Below are positions 46,433 to 57,174 of a stretch of DNA of 64,000 nucleotides, in pieces. The DNA comes from an uncultured Candidatus Saccharibacteria bacterium (GTDB taxonomy: Bacteria > Patescibacteriota > Saccharimonadia > Saccharimonadales > JAGQMS01). Location of the stretch: assembly GCA_964554485.1 (NCBI GenBank), contig CAZKOX010000001.1, forward strand, positions 9,363 to 73,362, read 5' to 3'. The stretch's first letter is position 1; the number at the start of each line of letters is the position of its first letter. A program made the position numbers and the translations under genes. The notes beneath the pieces are model-generated. The model saw nothing but the letters and a program-made list of their open reading frames with translations. It made no database searches and was not told the origin of the DNA.

Positions 46433-47517
46433 AGTCGTTTTGAGATTGATTGAATGATCTCGTCGTAAGAATTTATAAATTTCTTAATGCCATCATTTTC
46501 AAGTGCTTCGGTGATCTTTTTCATTTTTATTCCTTCTGCCTCAACAGATGCAAGAATCTGATGGGCGTCCAGGACGAAAGTTTCTTGAGGTAATTGCCAA
46601 TCTTCTGATTTTGCTTGATGGGCTAATTGCAGAGTACTAATCGGCATAGTGTTAACCGTGCAGGGTAAAAGCAATGAATTAACATACAACAGTGGGTTAT
46701 ATTTAGGGTTTTTTACGGATGTCGAAGCCCATAATGGTCTTTGGATATTCGCCCCACGACTCTTTAGTGCCTGCCAGCGATGGGCGACGGGGTTGAACAT
46801 CTCCAAGAATAAACCATAGGCTGCCTGACTCTGTGCAACAGCGGTTTTACCACAGAGTGCACGCACTGATTGTGAACTTGACTTACTAAGCAGATGATCA
46901 ACCACAGTATCGATGCGACTAACGAAAAACGAGGCTACACTATGCACATGCCGTAAGCTACCCTCGCGTTTTTCTAGGCCACTGAGGTAGGCATTCATAA
47001 CTTCAAGATATCGGTGAAGACTAAAGATCAGGGTAACATTAACATTGATTCCCTCAGAGACAAGTTTGGTTATGGCTATTAGACCTTCGGGCGTTGCCGG
47101 TATCTTTATCATTAGGTTAGCTCTTCGAACACTGTGCCATAGCAGTCGCGCCTGGGCGATGGTTTTGATATGATCATGCGCAAACTTCGGACTAACTTCT
47201 AATGAAACATAACCATCTTCTCCGTTAGTTTTGGTGTATAGGGGTTTAAGCACATCGGCGGCATCACGGGTGTCTTTAATAGCTAATTCCCAATATATTG
47301 CCTCTGAGCGCCGACCACTGGCGGCCATTTTTTTTATATCTGCAGTGTAGATATCGCTAGACAGTACGGCTTTTGCAAAAATTGTTGGATTGGATGTGAC
47401 GCCTCGAACACCCTTAGTAACAAGTTCCAAGAGATGACCCTTATTAATCAGATCACGACTTAGATCATCGCACCACGGACTGACTGAAAAGTTTTCATAA
47501 AGCGCCTTTAATGACAT
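46429..47517 (-). CDS. tal: transaldolase (long, actinobacterial-type)
   Basis: N-terminal SPWCDDLSR and GVTSNPTIF blocks; 362 aa. Confidence 0.85.
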   Translation of the reverse strand: MSLKALYENFSVSPWCDDLSRDLINKGHLLELVTKGVRGVTSNPTIFAKAVLSSDIYTADIKKMAASGRRSEAIYWELAIKDTRDAADVLKPLYTKTNGEDGYVSLEVSPKFAHDHIKTIAQARLLWHSVRRANLMIKIPATPEGLIAITKLVSEGINVNVTLIFSLHRYLEVMNAYLSGLEKREGSLRHVHSVASFFVSRIDTVVDHLLSKSSSQSVRALCGKTAVAQSQAAYGLFLEMFNPVAHRWQALKSRGANIQRPLWASTSVKNPKYNPLLYVNSLLLPCTVNTMPISTLQLAHQAKSEDWQLPQETFVLDAHQILASVEAEGIKMKKITEALENDGIKKFINSYDEIIQSISKRL

Positions 47518-47617
47518 ATCATAAGCAGTATACGATATATTGATTTAAAACGAAGGTACCAACACCTTGAATGCTGTATAATACATAAAGACTATAAATG
47601 GTGGAACAAATAAAAAA

Positions 47618-48625
47618 ATGTCAGAATCTAAAAAACTAGATGTTTTATGTATAGGCGATGCCTACATTGATGTTTTTATCAAACTTAACGACGAAAATGC
47701 TTCTGTTGAGGAGCGAAGCGACGCTAAATTCTTAGTAATGGACTATGGTTCGAAAGTACCGTTTGATCATTCGGAAGTTATTGCCGGTGTCGGAAATGCT
47801 GCAAATGCAGCCGTATCTATCTCAAGGCTCGGAGATGGTGCGGCATTGATTGCAAATGTCGGAGGTGACGAAAATGGCCGAGCAGTAATTAATGCCTTAG
47901 GAAAAGAACAAGTTGATACGCGATTTATTAGAACCAATCCAAGCGACAAAACCAGCGTTCATTATATTTTGTGGTACAAATCAGATAGAACGATTCTTAT
48001 AAAACATGAACCGTATGATTATCATTTTCCCCATATTCGACCTAAAGAAACTCCGTCATGGGTCTATTTAACTTCAGTAGCAGAAGATACACTAGATTAT
48101 CACGATGATATTTCAGATTGGCTAGACGAAAATCCAAACATCAAACTTGCTTTTCAGCCGGGTACTTTTCAGATGAAGTTCGGTGTTGAAAGACTTAAGC
48201 GAATATATCAGCGAACCAATATTCTGTTTTTAAATCGCGAAGAAGCGGTGACGGTCGGTGGAGGAAAGTATGAAGACCTTAATGATTTATTTGATAAATT
48301 GCACGTACTAGGACCGAAGATTGTTTGTATTACAGATGGCCCGAGCGGCGCCTATGCATCTGATGGCCATAACCGATACAAAATGCCAAATTATCCGGAT
48401 CTAGCACCTCCACTAGAACGTACAGGAGCAGGAGATGCTTTTTCTAGTACTTTTTTGGCGGCGATATTAAAAGGTTTAAGTTTGGAAGAGGCCCTTCGGT
48501 ATGCACCTATTAATTCGATGAGTGTCGTCCAAAAGGTTGGGGCTCGAGAGGGGTTATTAACCATGGATGAGTTAAAGGCCTATTTAGCGCATGCACCAGA
48601 GTGGTATAAGCCAGAAAAACTATGA
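47618..48625 (+). CDS. PfkB-family carbohydrate kinase (ribokinase-like; candidate sugar-phosphate kinase)
   Basis: N-terminal VLCIGDAYIDVF and C-terminal GAGDAFSSTF PfkB signatures. Confidence 0.8.
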   Translation: MSESKKLDVLCIGDAYIDVFIKLNDENASVEERSDAKFLVMDYGSKVPFDHSEVIAGVGNAANAAVSISRLGDGAALIANVGGDENGRAVINALGKEQVDTRFIRTNPSDKTSVHYILWYKSDRTILIKHEPYDYHFPHIRPKETPSWVYLTSVAEDTLDYHDDISDWLDENPNIKLAFQPGTFQMKFGVERLKRIYQRTNILFLNREEAVTVGGGKYEDLNDLFDKLHVLGPKIVCITDGPSGAYASDGHNRYKMPNYPDLAPPLERTGAGDAFSSTFLAAILKGLSLEEALRYAPINSMSVVQKVGAREGLLTMDELKAYLAHAPEWYKPEKL

Positions 48626-48648
48626 AACAAGTCTTAAAACAGTAAATA

Positions 48649-49806
48649 ATGGCAAGATTACTTCGCAATTTATTAGGTGGTAGCGAACCAATGTTCTCGC
48701 TTAAACTTCGAGCTCTAGAATCAGCTACAGGGAATCAAAAAACTGATCTCAAACTTCTTAGCGATGTAGTTGCAGGTAGTAGTAAAACTTTAAAAGCGTT
48801 AAATCTTGATCCAGCCGATACTACACCGGTTGAGCTACACGCCTTAGTTTTAAATAAAGCCAAGAGTGATGACGAGGAATTGGGCAGAGCATTTAATAAT
48901 GATGCCCAAAAAATGATCGACCGTCTTGCGTCAAAAGCGCCATTAACCCAAGTGCCGGTTATAAAAGATGTGAAAATAAAAACAATTCTCGGGAGTAATC
49001 CTCCTCGGAAAGTAATGCTGGCGCTTGGCTTTAGATCAACCGAATCAATGCTAAAACGTGCTCCATTGGAGCAACTTCTTCTTGGAGCTTTTTTATTGGA
49101 ATCTATTAATTGGCATCGAACATTCGCAAAAAGCCTGAAGGCATTAACTCCTGCCGATATCACAATGGCCACCCCGAAGGTCGCCCTTATTAACCCAAGA
49201 CTCATAAAAAATGGTCGCTACACACAGATAGTTGCTTTGCAATGTATAGGCTTAGTAGGTGTTCCAAAATTTCCAAAAGTAACTGGTTCAGCACTGCTTA
49301 CTGCTGTCTTGGCGAGCGAAGGACTTTTCCATCTTCACGCTCGGGGAGTTTTGTTAAAACTAAGCCGATTTGAAGAATCGTGCGCCAGACAAATCGCTCA
49401 CTTTACCTATACAAGCCCTGAGCCGATAGGTGAAGTCGGAAAGGTGAATATCCCTTGGTTGAGCTGTTATTCGCTCGTAGCCAGCAATAAACAACTTCAA
49501 AATAGTATGACTGAGGGGGTTGTTGAGGCTAGTGATTTTTTCTGGCAGCATCCAAGCCAAGTTCTCCCGATGCTTAATCAACGGATAGAAATTTGGGACA
49601 AAACAACGATATTCGGCCTAGCCGATGAAACCCATCCCATATCTTTAAACATTAGCGATATTGCACATGACCTATATTATCGTGTACCTTTAAGTAACAG
49701 TACTTGTACCGCCATGCGCAGAGGTCTTAATACTGAACTCCTTGCTCGGTATCTGGACAAGTCTGCAAATAAAGAAAATATCTTAAAGAAGTTAGGGCTA
49801 TTCTAA
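48649..49806 (+). CDS. hypothetical protein (385 aa), no recognisable motif
   Basis: Long ORF with coding-like composition, 1-nt spacing to the downstream gene. No signal peptide or TM. Confidence 0.5.
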   Translation: MARLLRNLLGGSEPMFSLKLRALESATGNQKTDLKLLSDVVAGSSKTLKALNLDPADTTPVELHALVLNKAKSDDEELGRAFNNDAQKMIDRLASKAPLTQVPVIKDVKIKTILGSNPPRKVMLALGFRSTESMLKRAPLEQLLLGAFLLESINWHRTFAKSLKALTPADITMATPKVALINPRLIKNGRYTQIVALQCIGLVGVPKFPKVTGSALLTAVLASEGLFHLHARGVLLKLSRFEESCARQIAHFTYTSPEPIGEVGKVNIPWLSCYSLVASNKQLQNSMTEGVVEASDFFWQHPSQVLPMLNQRIEIWDKTTIFGLADETHPISLNISDIAHDLYYRVPLSNSTCTAMRRGLNTELLARYLDKSANKENILKKLGLF

Positions 49807-49807
49807 G

Positions 49808-50431
49808 ATGAGTCGAAATAATACACCGCTAATCCGTTATTCAATCTGTATATCCGGTGCAGCAGCCGGCAAGACTGTCGAATCCGGGCAGGATATGGCG
49901 GAAAGGCTTGGAAAAGCAATAGCTGAATCGGGCCACATAGTAACAACCGGCGCAACGGTTGGCCTGCCTTACTTTGCAGCCTCGGCGGCTACAAAAGAGG
50001 GTGGAATGTCGGTTGGCTTTTCTCCTGCCTCATCAATTCGAGAACATTTGCGTAAATATCGTCTGCCAGTCGATGCTTTTGACTTTATTAACTACACCGG
50101 CATGAGTTATGTCGGGCGAGATCTCTATCTAGTCCAATCTAGTGATGCGATTATTACTATCGGTGGAAGATTCGGAAGCTTACATGAATTTACTTCAGCG
50201 CTAGAGGCTGGCAAACCTTGTGGTGTTTTGCTTGGCAGTCACGGTGCAGCCGATGCAATACCACAGCTTATTAAAACTCTCGACCCATCGGTTAGCTCGC
50301 AAGTTATTTATGACGAGTCACCCGAAAAGCTGGTAGAGAAAATCATCACAATCTTAAACAGAGAACACATGGATTTATTCAAAGAGCTCAAGAACGGGCA
50401 CTGGTATTTGAATGGTAAGCATCAGGGGTAG
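49808..50431 (+). CDS. LOG / TIGR00725-like Rossmann-fold protein (predicted nucleotide-binding)
   Basis: Pattern ISGAAAG..HIVTTGATVG..GG(M)SVGF..IITIGGRFGSLHEF resembles the LOG family GGxGxMG / PGGxGT motifs. Confidence 0.45.
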   Translation: MSRNNTPLIRYSICISGAAAGKTVESGQDMAERLGKAIAESGHIVTTGATVGLPYFAASAATKEGGMSVGFSPASSIREHLRKYRLPVDAFDFINYTGMSYVGRDLYLVQSSDAIITIGGRFGSLHEFTSALEAGKPCGVLLGSHGAADAIPQLIKTLDPSVSSQVIYDESPEKLVEKIITILNREHMDLFKELKNGHWYLNGKHQG

Positions 50432-50667
50432 GAACGTTGTAAAGATTACTGCTTGTGCTTATTCAATTTTAGTCGTAAGATTCGACTAACAAATCTTAAA
50501 AAAACAAAAAAGGTGCTACAAATGAACGAATCATCATTGAGAGAGATTTTAGTTGTTTCTGGACTCACGGTTTTTAGCTTCTGTGCTGTTGTCGCTGGCG
50601 TCATGTCCTAACATCCAACGCACACACCGCGTTTTATTAGATCGAAGTAAATTCGAACTAATAAAAC

Positions 50668-50780
50668 GTTCTTGGTATCCAGAACATTTTTCGGTTGCGT
50701 CTACTCACCAGGCAGTACCATCGTACAGCCTGGCTCCGTTGCTCACCGAGAAAATGCCCTAGATACTCAAGTGTGTGCGT
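50668..50780 (+). repeat. conserved intergenic structured element, copy D
   Basis: cttggtatccagaacatttttcgg..tactcacc-aggcagtaccatcgtacagcctgg..ctccgttgctcaccgag..ctagatactcaagtgtg; hairpin ccaggc/gcctgg. Confidence 0.55.
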
Positions 50781-50843
50781 TGTTGTGTCTGGAGTGTCGT
50801 ATGTGTGCATTGTTGCGACGATAGGTGTCGTACAATATAGGGT

Positions 50844-52823
50844 ATGCAAGAGTTATTTGAGTTGAATTCTAACTATCAGCCTGCTGGCGATCAGCCAGCG
50901 GCAATTTCGAAGTTAGTACAAGGCTTAGAGTCTGGCTCCAAGGAACAGGTACTACTTGGTGTTACTGGTTCGGGTAAGACTTTTACGATGGCTAATGTTG
51001 TTTCTAGGCTTCAAAAACCGACACTTGTATTAGCCCACAATAAAACCCTCGCAGCCCAGTTATATAATGAATTTCGAGAGTTTTTTCCGAACAACGCGGT
51101 TCATTATTTTGTTAGCTATTTTGACTATTATCAACCAGAAGCCTATATCCCGCGGTCGGACACATTTATAGAAAAAGATAGTCAAATTAATGAAGAGATA
51201 GACCGTTTGCGGCACGCTGCCACTGACGCACTATTGTCGAGACGAGACGTGCTGATAGTGGCATCGGTAAGTTGTATCTATGGCATTGGTTCGGTCGAAG
51301 ACTATAGCGGTATGTCTATAGATGTCGTAAAAGGTGAAAAGAAGGTTCGGGACAAGTTTTTAAGACAACTAAGCGATATTCAATATAAACGAAACGATAT
51401 TGATTTTTTCCGTAGTACTTTTCGGGTCCGCGGCGATGTCGTTGATGTATATCCAGCCAGTGAAGATACTGCATACCGTATTGACTTCTTCGGAGACGTG
51501 GTCGATCGGATTACCAAAATTAATCCCTTAACAGGCGAGATTGAAGCTGAGCTTGATTCATACCGTATTTTCCCGGGAAGCCACTATGTTACTCCGCGCG
51601 AAAAACTAAAAGAAGCCATGGTGCATATTCGTGACGAACTAGACGATCGTTTAGCTGGTTTTCAGAAACAGGGCAAACTTCTCGAGGCTCAGCGTTTAAA
51701 GCAAAGAACTGATTTTGACCTTGAAATGCTTGAGGAAACTGGTTTCGTGAAGGGCATTGAGAACTATTCACGCTACCTAACTAATCGTCAGGAAGGTGAG
51801 CAGCCAGCAACGCTATTGGATTATTTTCCGGATGATTTCTTGATGTTTATCGATGAGTCGCACATGACCATTCCTCAAGTTAGGGGTATGTACAACGGTG
51901 ACCGCGCAAGAAAAGAAGTTCTTGTGGAACACGGTTTTCGTTTACCGAGTGCACTTGATAATCGTCCGCTGACATTCGATGAGTTTCAAAGACATATTAA
52001 TAAGGTGGTTTATGTATCGGCTACTCCGGCACCATACGAGTTAGAGAGAAGTGGCGAGCCAGTAGAACAGGTGATTAGACCAACAGGATTAATCGACCCT
52101 GTTATCAACGTAAGACCCGTAGCTGGGCAAGTCGATGATTTAATCGCTGAAATACGTGAGACGGTTAAAAAGGGTCAAAGAGTGCTCGTCACGACCCTCA
52201 CCAAACGTATGAGCGAAGACTTAACAGACTATTTAAAGGACCTTGGGATCAAAGTTCAATATCTTCATAGCGATGTCGACACACTAGATCGCAGCGATAT
52301 TTTACGTGACCTTAGGTTAGGGGTATTTGATGTTTTGGTTGGTATTAACCTTCTTCGTGAAGGGCTAGACTTACCTGAAGTTAGCTTGGTGGCAATTTTG
52401 GATGCAGATAAAGAAGGTTTCTTGCGTTCCAGTCAGGCACTTATTCAAACCATTGGTCGAGCAGCACGACATCAAGAAGGACGAGTCATTATGTATGCCG
52501 ACACTATTACGGGGTCTATGAAAAAAGCTATCGATGAAACTTATCGACGTCGCAAAATTCAAGAAACTTATAATAAAAAGCACGGCATTACGCCTACCAG
52601 TATCTCAAAGCTTATCGGCAAAGGTATTGAACGAACTTCACCAATCGAACCAGTTAAAAAGCTTGATCTGCGAAAAATTCCAAAAGAAGAGTATGGTCAT
52701 CTTATACGTGAACTTACTGGACAGATGGACCTGGCGAGCGCCAACCTTGAATTCGAAAAGGCCGCTGAACTACGTGATTTGATTGAAGAGATCAAAGCAA
52801 AACTTGATCAACCAAAGAAATAG
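50844..52823 (+). CDS. uvrB: excinuclease ABC subunit B
   Basis: N-terminal YQPAGDQP, Walker A GVTGSGKT, helicase motifs, C-terminal UvrB/UvrC interaction helix. Confidence 0.95.
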   Translation: MQELFELNSNYQPAGDQPAAISKLVQGLESGSKEQVLLGVTGSGKTFTMANVVSRLQKPTLVLAHNKTLAAQLYNEFREFFPNNAVHYFVSYFDYYQPEAYIPRSDTFIEKDSQINEEIDRLRHAATDALLSRRDVLIVASVSCIYGIGSVEDYSGMSIDVVKGEKKVRDKFLRQLSDIQYKRNDIDFFRSTFRVRGDVVDVYPASEDTAYRIDFFGDVVDRITKINPLTGEIEAELDSYRIFPGSHYVTPREKLKEAMVHIRDELDDRLAGFQKQGKLLEAQRLKQRTDFDLEMLEETGFVKGIENYSRYLTNRQEGEQPATLLDYFPDDFLMFIDESHMTIPQVRGMYNGDRARKEVLVEHGFRLPSALDNRPLTFDEFQRHINKVVYVSATPAPYELERSGEPVEQVIRPTGLIDPVINVRPVAGQVDDLIAEIRETVKKGQRVLVTTLTKRMSEDLTDYLKDLGIKVQYLHSDVDTLDRSDILRDLRLGVFDVLVGINLLREGLDLPEVSLVAILDADKEGFLRSSQALIQTIGRAARHQEGRVIMYADTITGSMKKAIDETYRRRKIQETYNKKHGITPTSISKLIGKGIERTSPIEPVKKLDLRKIPKEEYGHLIRELTGQMDLASANLEFEKAAELRDLIEEIKAKLDQPKK

Positions 52824-52867
52824 TCTTCTTTGCAACAGGGGTGGTTTCGGTGGTATACTTCTCTGTA

Positions 52868-53158
52868 ATGACGAAACTATCAAAGGATGATGTTAAGCGC
52901 TTGAGCGATTTGGCTAGATTAAGGCTAACCGATCAAGAACTTCAGCAGTTTAGTGGTGAATTTAGTGCGATTTTAGATTACGTCGAACAACTTAAAGATG
53001 CTGATACGGAGGGTCTTAAGCCGACATATCAAGTAAACAGATTATCAACAGTAACTCGACCAGATGAGTTGATTGACTACGGGGCCGATCAGGCAAGCCT
53101 TTTAAAGAATGTGCCGGTGGTCAAGGACAATCAAATTCAGGTAAAGCGGGTAATCTAA
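52868..53158 (+). CDS. gatC: Asp-tRNA(Asn)/Glu-tRNA(Gln) amidotransferase subunit C
   Basis: MTKLSKDDVKRLSDLARLRLTDQE.. GatC signature. The ORF-track GTG at 52841 is probably upstream of the true ATG. Confidence 0.8.
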   Translation: MTKLSKDDVKRLSDLARLRLTDQELQQFSGEFSAILDYVEQLKDADTEGLKPTYQVNRLSTVTRPDELIDYGADQASLLKNVPVVKDNQIQVKRVI

Positions 53159-54577
53159 ATGAGCTGGAAATCCATAACTGAAATTGCTAAAGAAGTTAAC
53201 TCTGGAAAAACTAGCGCTGTTGAGAACGTCAAAAATTCTCTAAAAACAATTGAGTCAAAAAGTGAGTTTAAAGCCATAATCGCTACTCTTGAAAAAAGAG
53301 CATTGGAGCGAGCAAGGCAAATAGACGATATGATCAAGCAAGGAAAAAATGCTGGTCGTTTGGCGGGCGTGCCGTTTATCGCTAAAGATAATATTTTAGT
53401 TTTCGGAGCTGATACAACTGCCGCCAGTAATATCCTGAAAGGCTTTGATGCACCATATCAAGCAACTGTAATAGAGAAGCTAGAAGCCGAGGGGGCAATT
53501 TGTGTAGCAAAAGCAAATCTTGATGCTTTTGGTCATGGCGCAAGTACAGAAAACAGTGACTTTTTTACGACCTTAAACCCGAAAGATAAATCACGGGTAT
53601 CTGGCGGTTCATCAGGTGGACCGGTGGCTGCAGTAATGCTTGATATGGCCCCATTTGCTCTTGCCACCGACACCGGCGGATCTATTCGTTTACCAGCGTC
53701 TTTTTCTGGAGCTGTAGGTTACAAACCAACCTATGGACTAGTGTCGCGCTACGGTGTTGTAGCAATGAATTCTAGTACCGATACCGTTGGACCGATTGCT
53801 AAAACTGTGGAAGATGCAGCTTTGATATTAGATATCATTGCTGGTAAAGACATACTAGATAGCACGACAATCATGAGAGAAGATGGCTATGAAGCAACAC
53901 CTCTTGATTTGAAGGGTGTAAAAATTGGGGTTGTTGAAGAATACATGGGTGAAGGAGTGGATCCAGGGGTTAAAAAGATAATAAAAGAAGCCATTAGCAT
54001 TCTTCAGGGTAGAGGTGCAGAAATCGTAGAAGTTAGTTTGCCGAGCCTTGCGTATTCTTTGGCGGTTTATTACATTATTTGTCCGGCAGAGGTTAGTAGT
54101 AACCTTGGTCGTTATGATGGTCAGCGTTTTGGGCATTCGTCTAAGGGCGCGAAAGACCTCGAAGGTAGCTATGCTATGTCCCGCGCCGAGGGTTTTGGGG
54201 CTGAAGCTAAGCGTCGAATCATGATTGGCACCTATGTGCTGTCTAGTGGTTATTATGAGGCTTATTATAAAAAAGCAGCTCTCGTTAGAACTAAACTTAT
54301 AAACGAATTTAACGATGTCTTTAACAGCGTTGATTTTCTTGTCGGTCCAGTTTCTCCGGTAACTGCTTTTAAGGTTGGTGAAAATATAAACGATCCACTA
54401 AAGATGTATCTAATTGACATTATGACGGTCGCTGCCAGTCTAATTGGCTCACCGGCAATTAGTGTTCCCGCCGGTCTAAGTGACGGTCTGCCGGTTGGAT
54501 TGCAAATAATTGCACCTTGGGGTAAAGATAAAAGTCTACTAAATGCAGCGGCGGCATTTACGGGAGAGAATAAATAA
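53159..54577 (+). CDS. gatA: Glu-tRNA(Gln) amidotransferase subunit A (amidase signature enzyme)
   Basis: Amidase signature GGSSGG..ALATDTGGSIR. Confidence 0.9.
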   Translation: MSWKSITEIAKEVNSGKTSAVENVKNSLKTIESKSEFKAIIATLEKRALERARQIDDMIKQGKNAGRLAGVPFIAKDNILVFGADTTAASNILKGFDAPYQATVIEKLEAEGAICVAKANLDAFGHGASTENSDFFTTLNPKDKSRVSGGSSGGPVAAVMLDMAPFALATDTGGSIRLPASFSGAVGYKPTYGLVSRYGVVAMNSSTDTVGPIAKTVEDAALILDIIAGKDILDSTTIMREDGYEATPLDLKGVKIGVVEEYMGEGVDPGVKKIIKEAISILQGRGAEIVEVSLPSLAYSLAVYYIICPAEVSSNLGRYDGQRFGHSSKGAKDLEGSYAMSRAEGFGAEAKRRIMIGTYVLSSGYYEAYYKKAALVRTKLINEFNDVFNSVDFLVGPVSPVTAFKVGENINDPLKMYLIDIMTVAASLIGSPAISVPAGLSDGLPVGLQIIAPWGKDKSLLNAAAAFTGENK

Positions 54578-54978
54578 TGTTGGCGCTTGTTGTAGCGATT
54601 GTAGCGGCTGTTATTGTACTTTTTGCGCTGTTTGGCTTAGTAGGCAAGAATCAACCTGGGCTTGAAAAAGGACCGTTTCGTGAAGCTTGGCGAGGAATAA
54701 TTGAGAAGGCTGCAAGTGAATCTACCTTTGCACTTGCGATTATAAATGCCGATAAGCTTCTTGACAGTGCTTTGAAGAAACGTAACTTTAAAGGTGAAAC
54801 AATGGGTGAACGACTCGTTAGCGCGAAAAATACACTTAGTAGACGTCAGCGAGTCTGGGAGGCACACAAATTACGTAATCGACTAGTTCATGATGAGGCT
54901 GTTCGTCTTGACCGTAAAAAAACCTTGGAAGCACTTAAGGGCTATGAGTCAGCGTTAAAAGATTTAGGAGCACTATGA
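54577..54978 (+). CDS. hypothetical membrane-anchored protein (133 aa) inserted between gatA and gatB
   Basis: N-terminal TM helix then a charged soluble part. Start overlaps the gatA stop; its TGA stop overlaps the gatB ATG. Confidence 0.5.
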   Translation: MLALVVAIVAAVIVLFALFGLVGKNQPGLEKGPFREAWRGIIEKAASESTFALAIINADKLLDSALKKRNFKGETMGERLVSAKNTLSRRQRVWEAHKLRNRLVHDEAVRLDRKKTLEALKGYESALKDLGAL

Positions 54979-56414
54979 AAACCTATTTTCCGACTATTGG
55001 TATTGAATGCCATGTTCAGCTAAAGACTAAAACAAAATTGTTTGATGGTATTGATAATGACGCCCGAGAAGCTGCACCAAATACTCTTATAGGTCCACTA
55101 TGCTTTGGGCTACCAGGAACGTTGCCGGTATTAAACGCCAAAGCAATAAAACTTGCCATAAGAGCAGGTGTTGCGTTGAACGCCGAGATTGCTGGGTTTA
55201 GTAAGTTTGACCGCAAACACTATTTTTATCCCGACCTGCCAAAAGGTTATCAGATTACACAATATGATGAACCAATAATACTAAATGGAAGAGTTGATGC
55301 GGTTTTACCAAACGGTGAGAATGTTACGGTTCGAGTCGAAAGAGCTCATTTAGAGGAAGACGCCGGTAAGTCAACTCATCCTGCGGGGTCTGACTATAGC
55401 CTCGTGGATCTAAACCGAGCCGGCACGCCATTGCTCGAAATCGTTTCGTTTCCAGATATTCATTCTCCTATCGAGGCGAAGGCTTACGCCAGAGAATTAT
55501 ATCTGTTAATGCGGTATGCCGGAGTAAGCGAAGCCGATCTTTTTTATGGCAATATGCGTTTTGACGTTAACGTCAGTATAAGTGATGACCCAACAAAATT
55601 AGGAACCAGAAGTGAGACTAAAAATCTAAATTCTTTCCGTTCTGTCGAAAAAGCAGTTGAATATGAGATTAAACGCCAAACGGAATTATTAGAAAAAGGT
55701 GAAAAAGTTGTTCAAGAAACTCGCGGCTGGGATGACGCAAAACAAAAAACATTCTCGCAGCGCAGCAAAGAAGATGCCCATGACTATCGTTATTTTCCAG
55801 ATCCAGATATTCCGCCAGTCGTGATTAGCCCTGAAGAAATTGAAGCTGTCCGAGGGGATATGCCGGTTATGCCTGGTGAGTTACGAAAGGAGTTTGCAGA
55901 AATTGGATTAGAAAGATCACAGGTTGAAACGTTACTTGATGCACCGGAGGCAGCCGAAGCTATGCACTTTATATTAACTGCTCATGATGCGAAAACTGCT
56001 CGTACGATCGGAAATTGGCTAACTGGAGAAATCCAAAGACTGGTCGCTGCCGCAGAGCTCAACTGGAAACAGGTTATTCTTGCAACCGATAAGCTTGTAA
56101 AACTAGCAGCCATGCAAGACGGTGGGTTGTTAAGTTCTAGTGCTGCAAAAGGAATAATAAAGCAAGTTATCAATGATAATTCTGATCCTGAAGAAATAGC
56201 TAAAGAATCAAACCTATTACAGCTCTCTGACGAATCAGAATTGATGACCATTATTGAGCAGGTGATCAACGACAATCAAACCGCAGCAGACGATGTTAGA
56301 AAAGGCGAAGTCAAGGCTATAGGGTTCTTGGTGGGACAAGTAATGAGGCATAGTGGCGGTAAGGCTAATCCAAGTGTTGTGGCTGAGCTAGTAAAAAAAC
56401 AACTACAAAAATAG
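54975..56414 (+). CDS. gatB: Asp-tRNA(Asn)/Glu-tRNA(Gln) amidotransferase subunit B
   Basis: IGIECHVQL N-terminal motif, C-terminal GatB/YqeY domain. Confidence 0.9.
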   Translation: MKTYFPTIGIECHVQLKTKTKLFDGIDNDAREAAPNTLIGPLCFGLPGTLPVLNAKAIKLAIRAGVALNAEIAGFSKFDRKHYFYPDLPKGYQITQYDEPIILNGRVDAVLPNGENVTVRVERAHLEEDAGKSTHPAGSDYSLVDLNRAGTPLLEIVSFPDIHSPIEAKAYARELYLLMRYAGVSEADLFYGNMRFDVNVSISDDPTKLGTRSETKNLNSFRSVEKAVEYEIKRQTELLEKGEKVVQETRGWDDAKQKTFSQRSKEDAHDYRYFPDPDIPPVVISPEEIEAVRGDMPVMPGELRKEFAEIGLERSQVETLLDAPEAAEAMHFILTAHDAKTARTIGNWLTGEIQRLVAAAELNWKQVILATDKLVKLAAMQDGGLLSSSAAKGIIKQVINDNSDPEEIAKESNLLQLSDESELMTIIEQVINDNQTAADDVRKGEVKAIGFLVGQVMRHSGGKANPSVVAELVKKQLQK

Positions 56415-56431
56415 TGCTATACTAGGCGTAT

Positions 56432-56704
56432 ATGGATGCATTTGAAATTTTAGTGGTTGTGCTTTCAAGTGTTCTAGCCCTCTGTTTAGTTCTAGCGGTA
56501 GTCGCGCTAATACTGTTTATAATGATTCTAAAACAGCTAAAAAAGGTTTCTGAAAAAGCTGTTTTAGTTGCAGACAATGTTGAAGCAGCCAGTGAGTTCT
56601 TCAAAAATACTTCAATGAGTGGTGCAGCGGTAAAAATTATGTCTAACGCTTTCGAATTCTTTAAGCACAAGAAATCTAATAAGAAAAGCAAGAAGGATAA
56701 GTAA
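56432..56704 (+). CDS. DUF948-like small membrane protein
   Basis: N-terminal TM helix plus a Lys-rich coiled tail; 90 aa. Confidence 0.45.
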   Translation: MDAFEILVVVLSSVLALCLVLAVVALILFIMILKQLKKVSEKAVLVADNVEAASEFFKNTSMSGAAVKIMSNAFEFFKHKKSNKKSKKDK

Positions 56705-57114
56705 TGTTGGGGCGTAATAGCGGAAAGAAATTTGCCCTAGGGGCGCTATTTGCTGGAGTCGTCGGATTTTTAGTTGGAATATTAACTGCTCCAAAAAGCG
56801 GTAAAGAAACCAGAGAAGATTTAAAGGAATCAACCCGTATTGCAATCTCCCAAGCAGAAAAAGATCTAAAAGCAATGCATACTGACTTGCAAGGTCTTAT
56901 TAATTCAGCAACTTCAAATATAAAAATTACAAGCAAGCAGGCAAAAAAAGATTTTGAAAAAGCAATACAAAGAGCAAAGAAATCTCAGGTTAAGGTTAAA
57001 ACTGTCCTAAGTTCAATACATGAAGGAACGAGCGACGATCCAGAATTGCGCGCGGCGTTAGATGAGGCTAAGGCAGCAAAAACTCATCTAAAAAAATTTT
57101 TCGATAAAAAGTAA
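56704..57114 (+). CDS. YtxH-domain protein
   Basis: GALFAGVVGFLVGILTAPKSGKETREDLKE matches the YtxH N-terminal signature. Confidence 0.65.
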   Translation: MLGRNSGKKFALGALFAGVVGFLVGILTAPKSGKETREDLKESTRIAISQAEKDLKAMHTDLQGLINSATSNIKITSKQAKKDFEKAIQRAKKSQVKVKTVLSSIHEGTSDDPELRAALDEAKAAKTHLKKFFDKK

Positions 57115-57174
57115 TCCTTAAGTACTAAACACAACGGCTATTACTGGTTGTGATTGCTATAATTTAAGTTAAGT

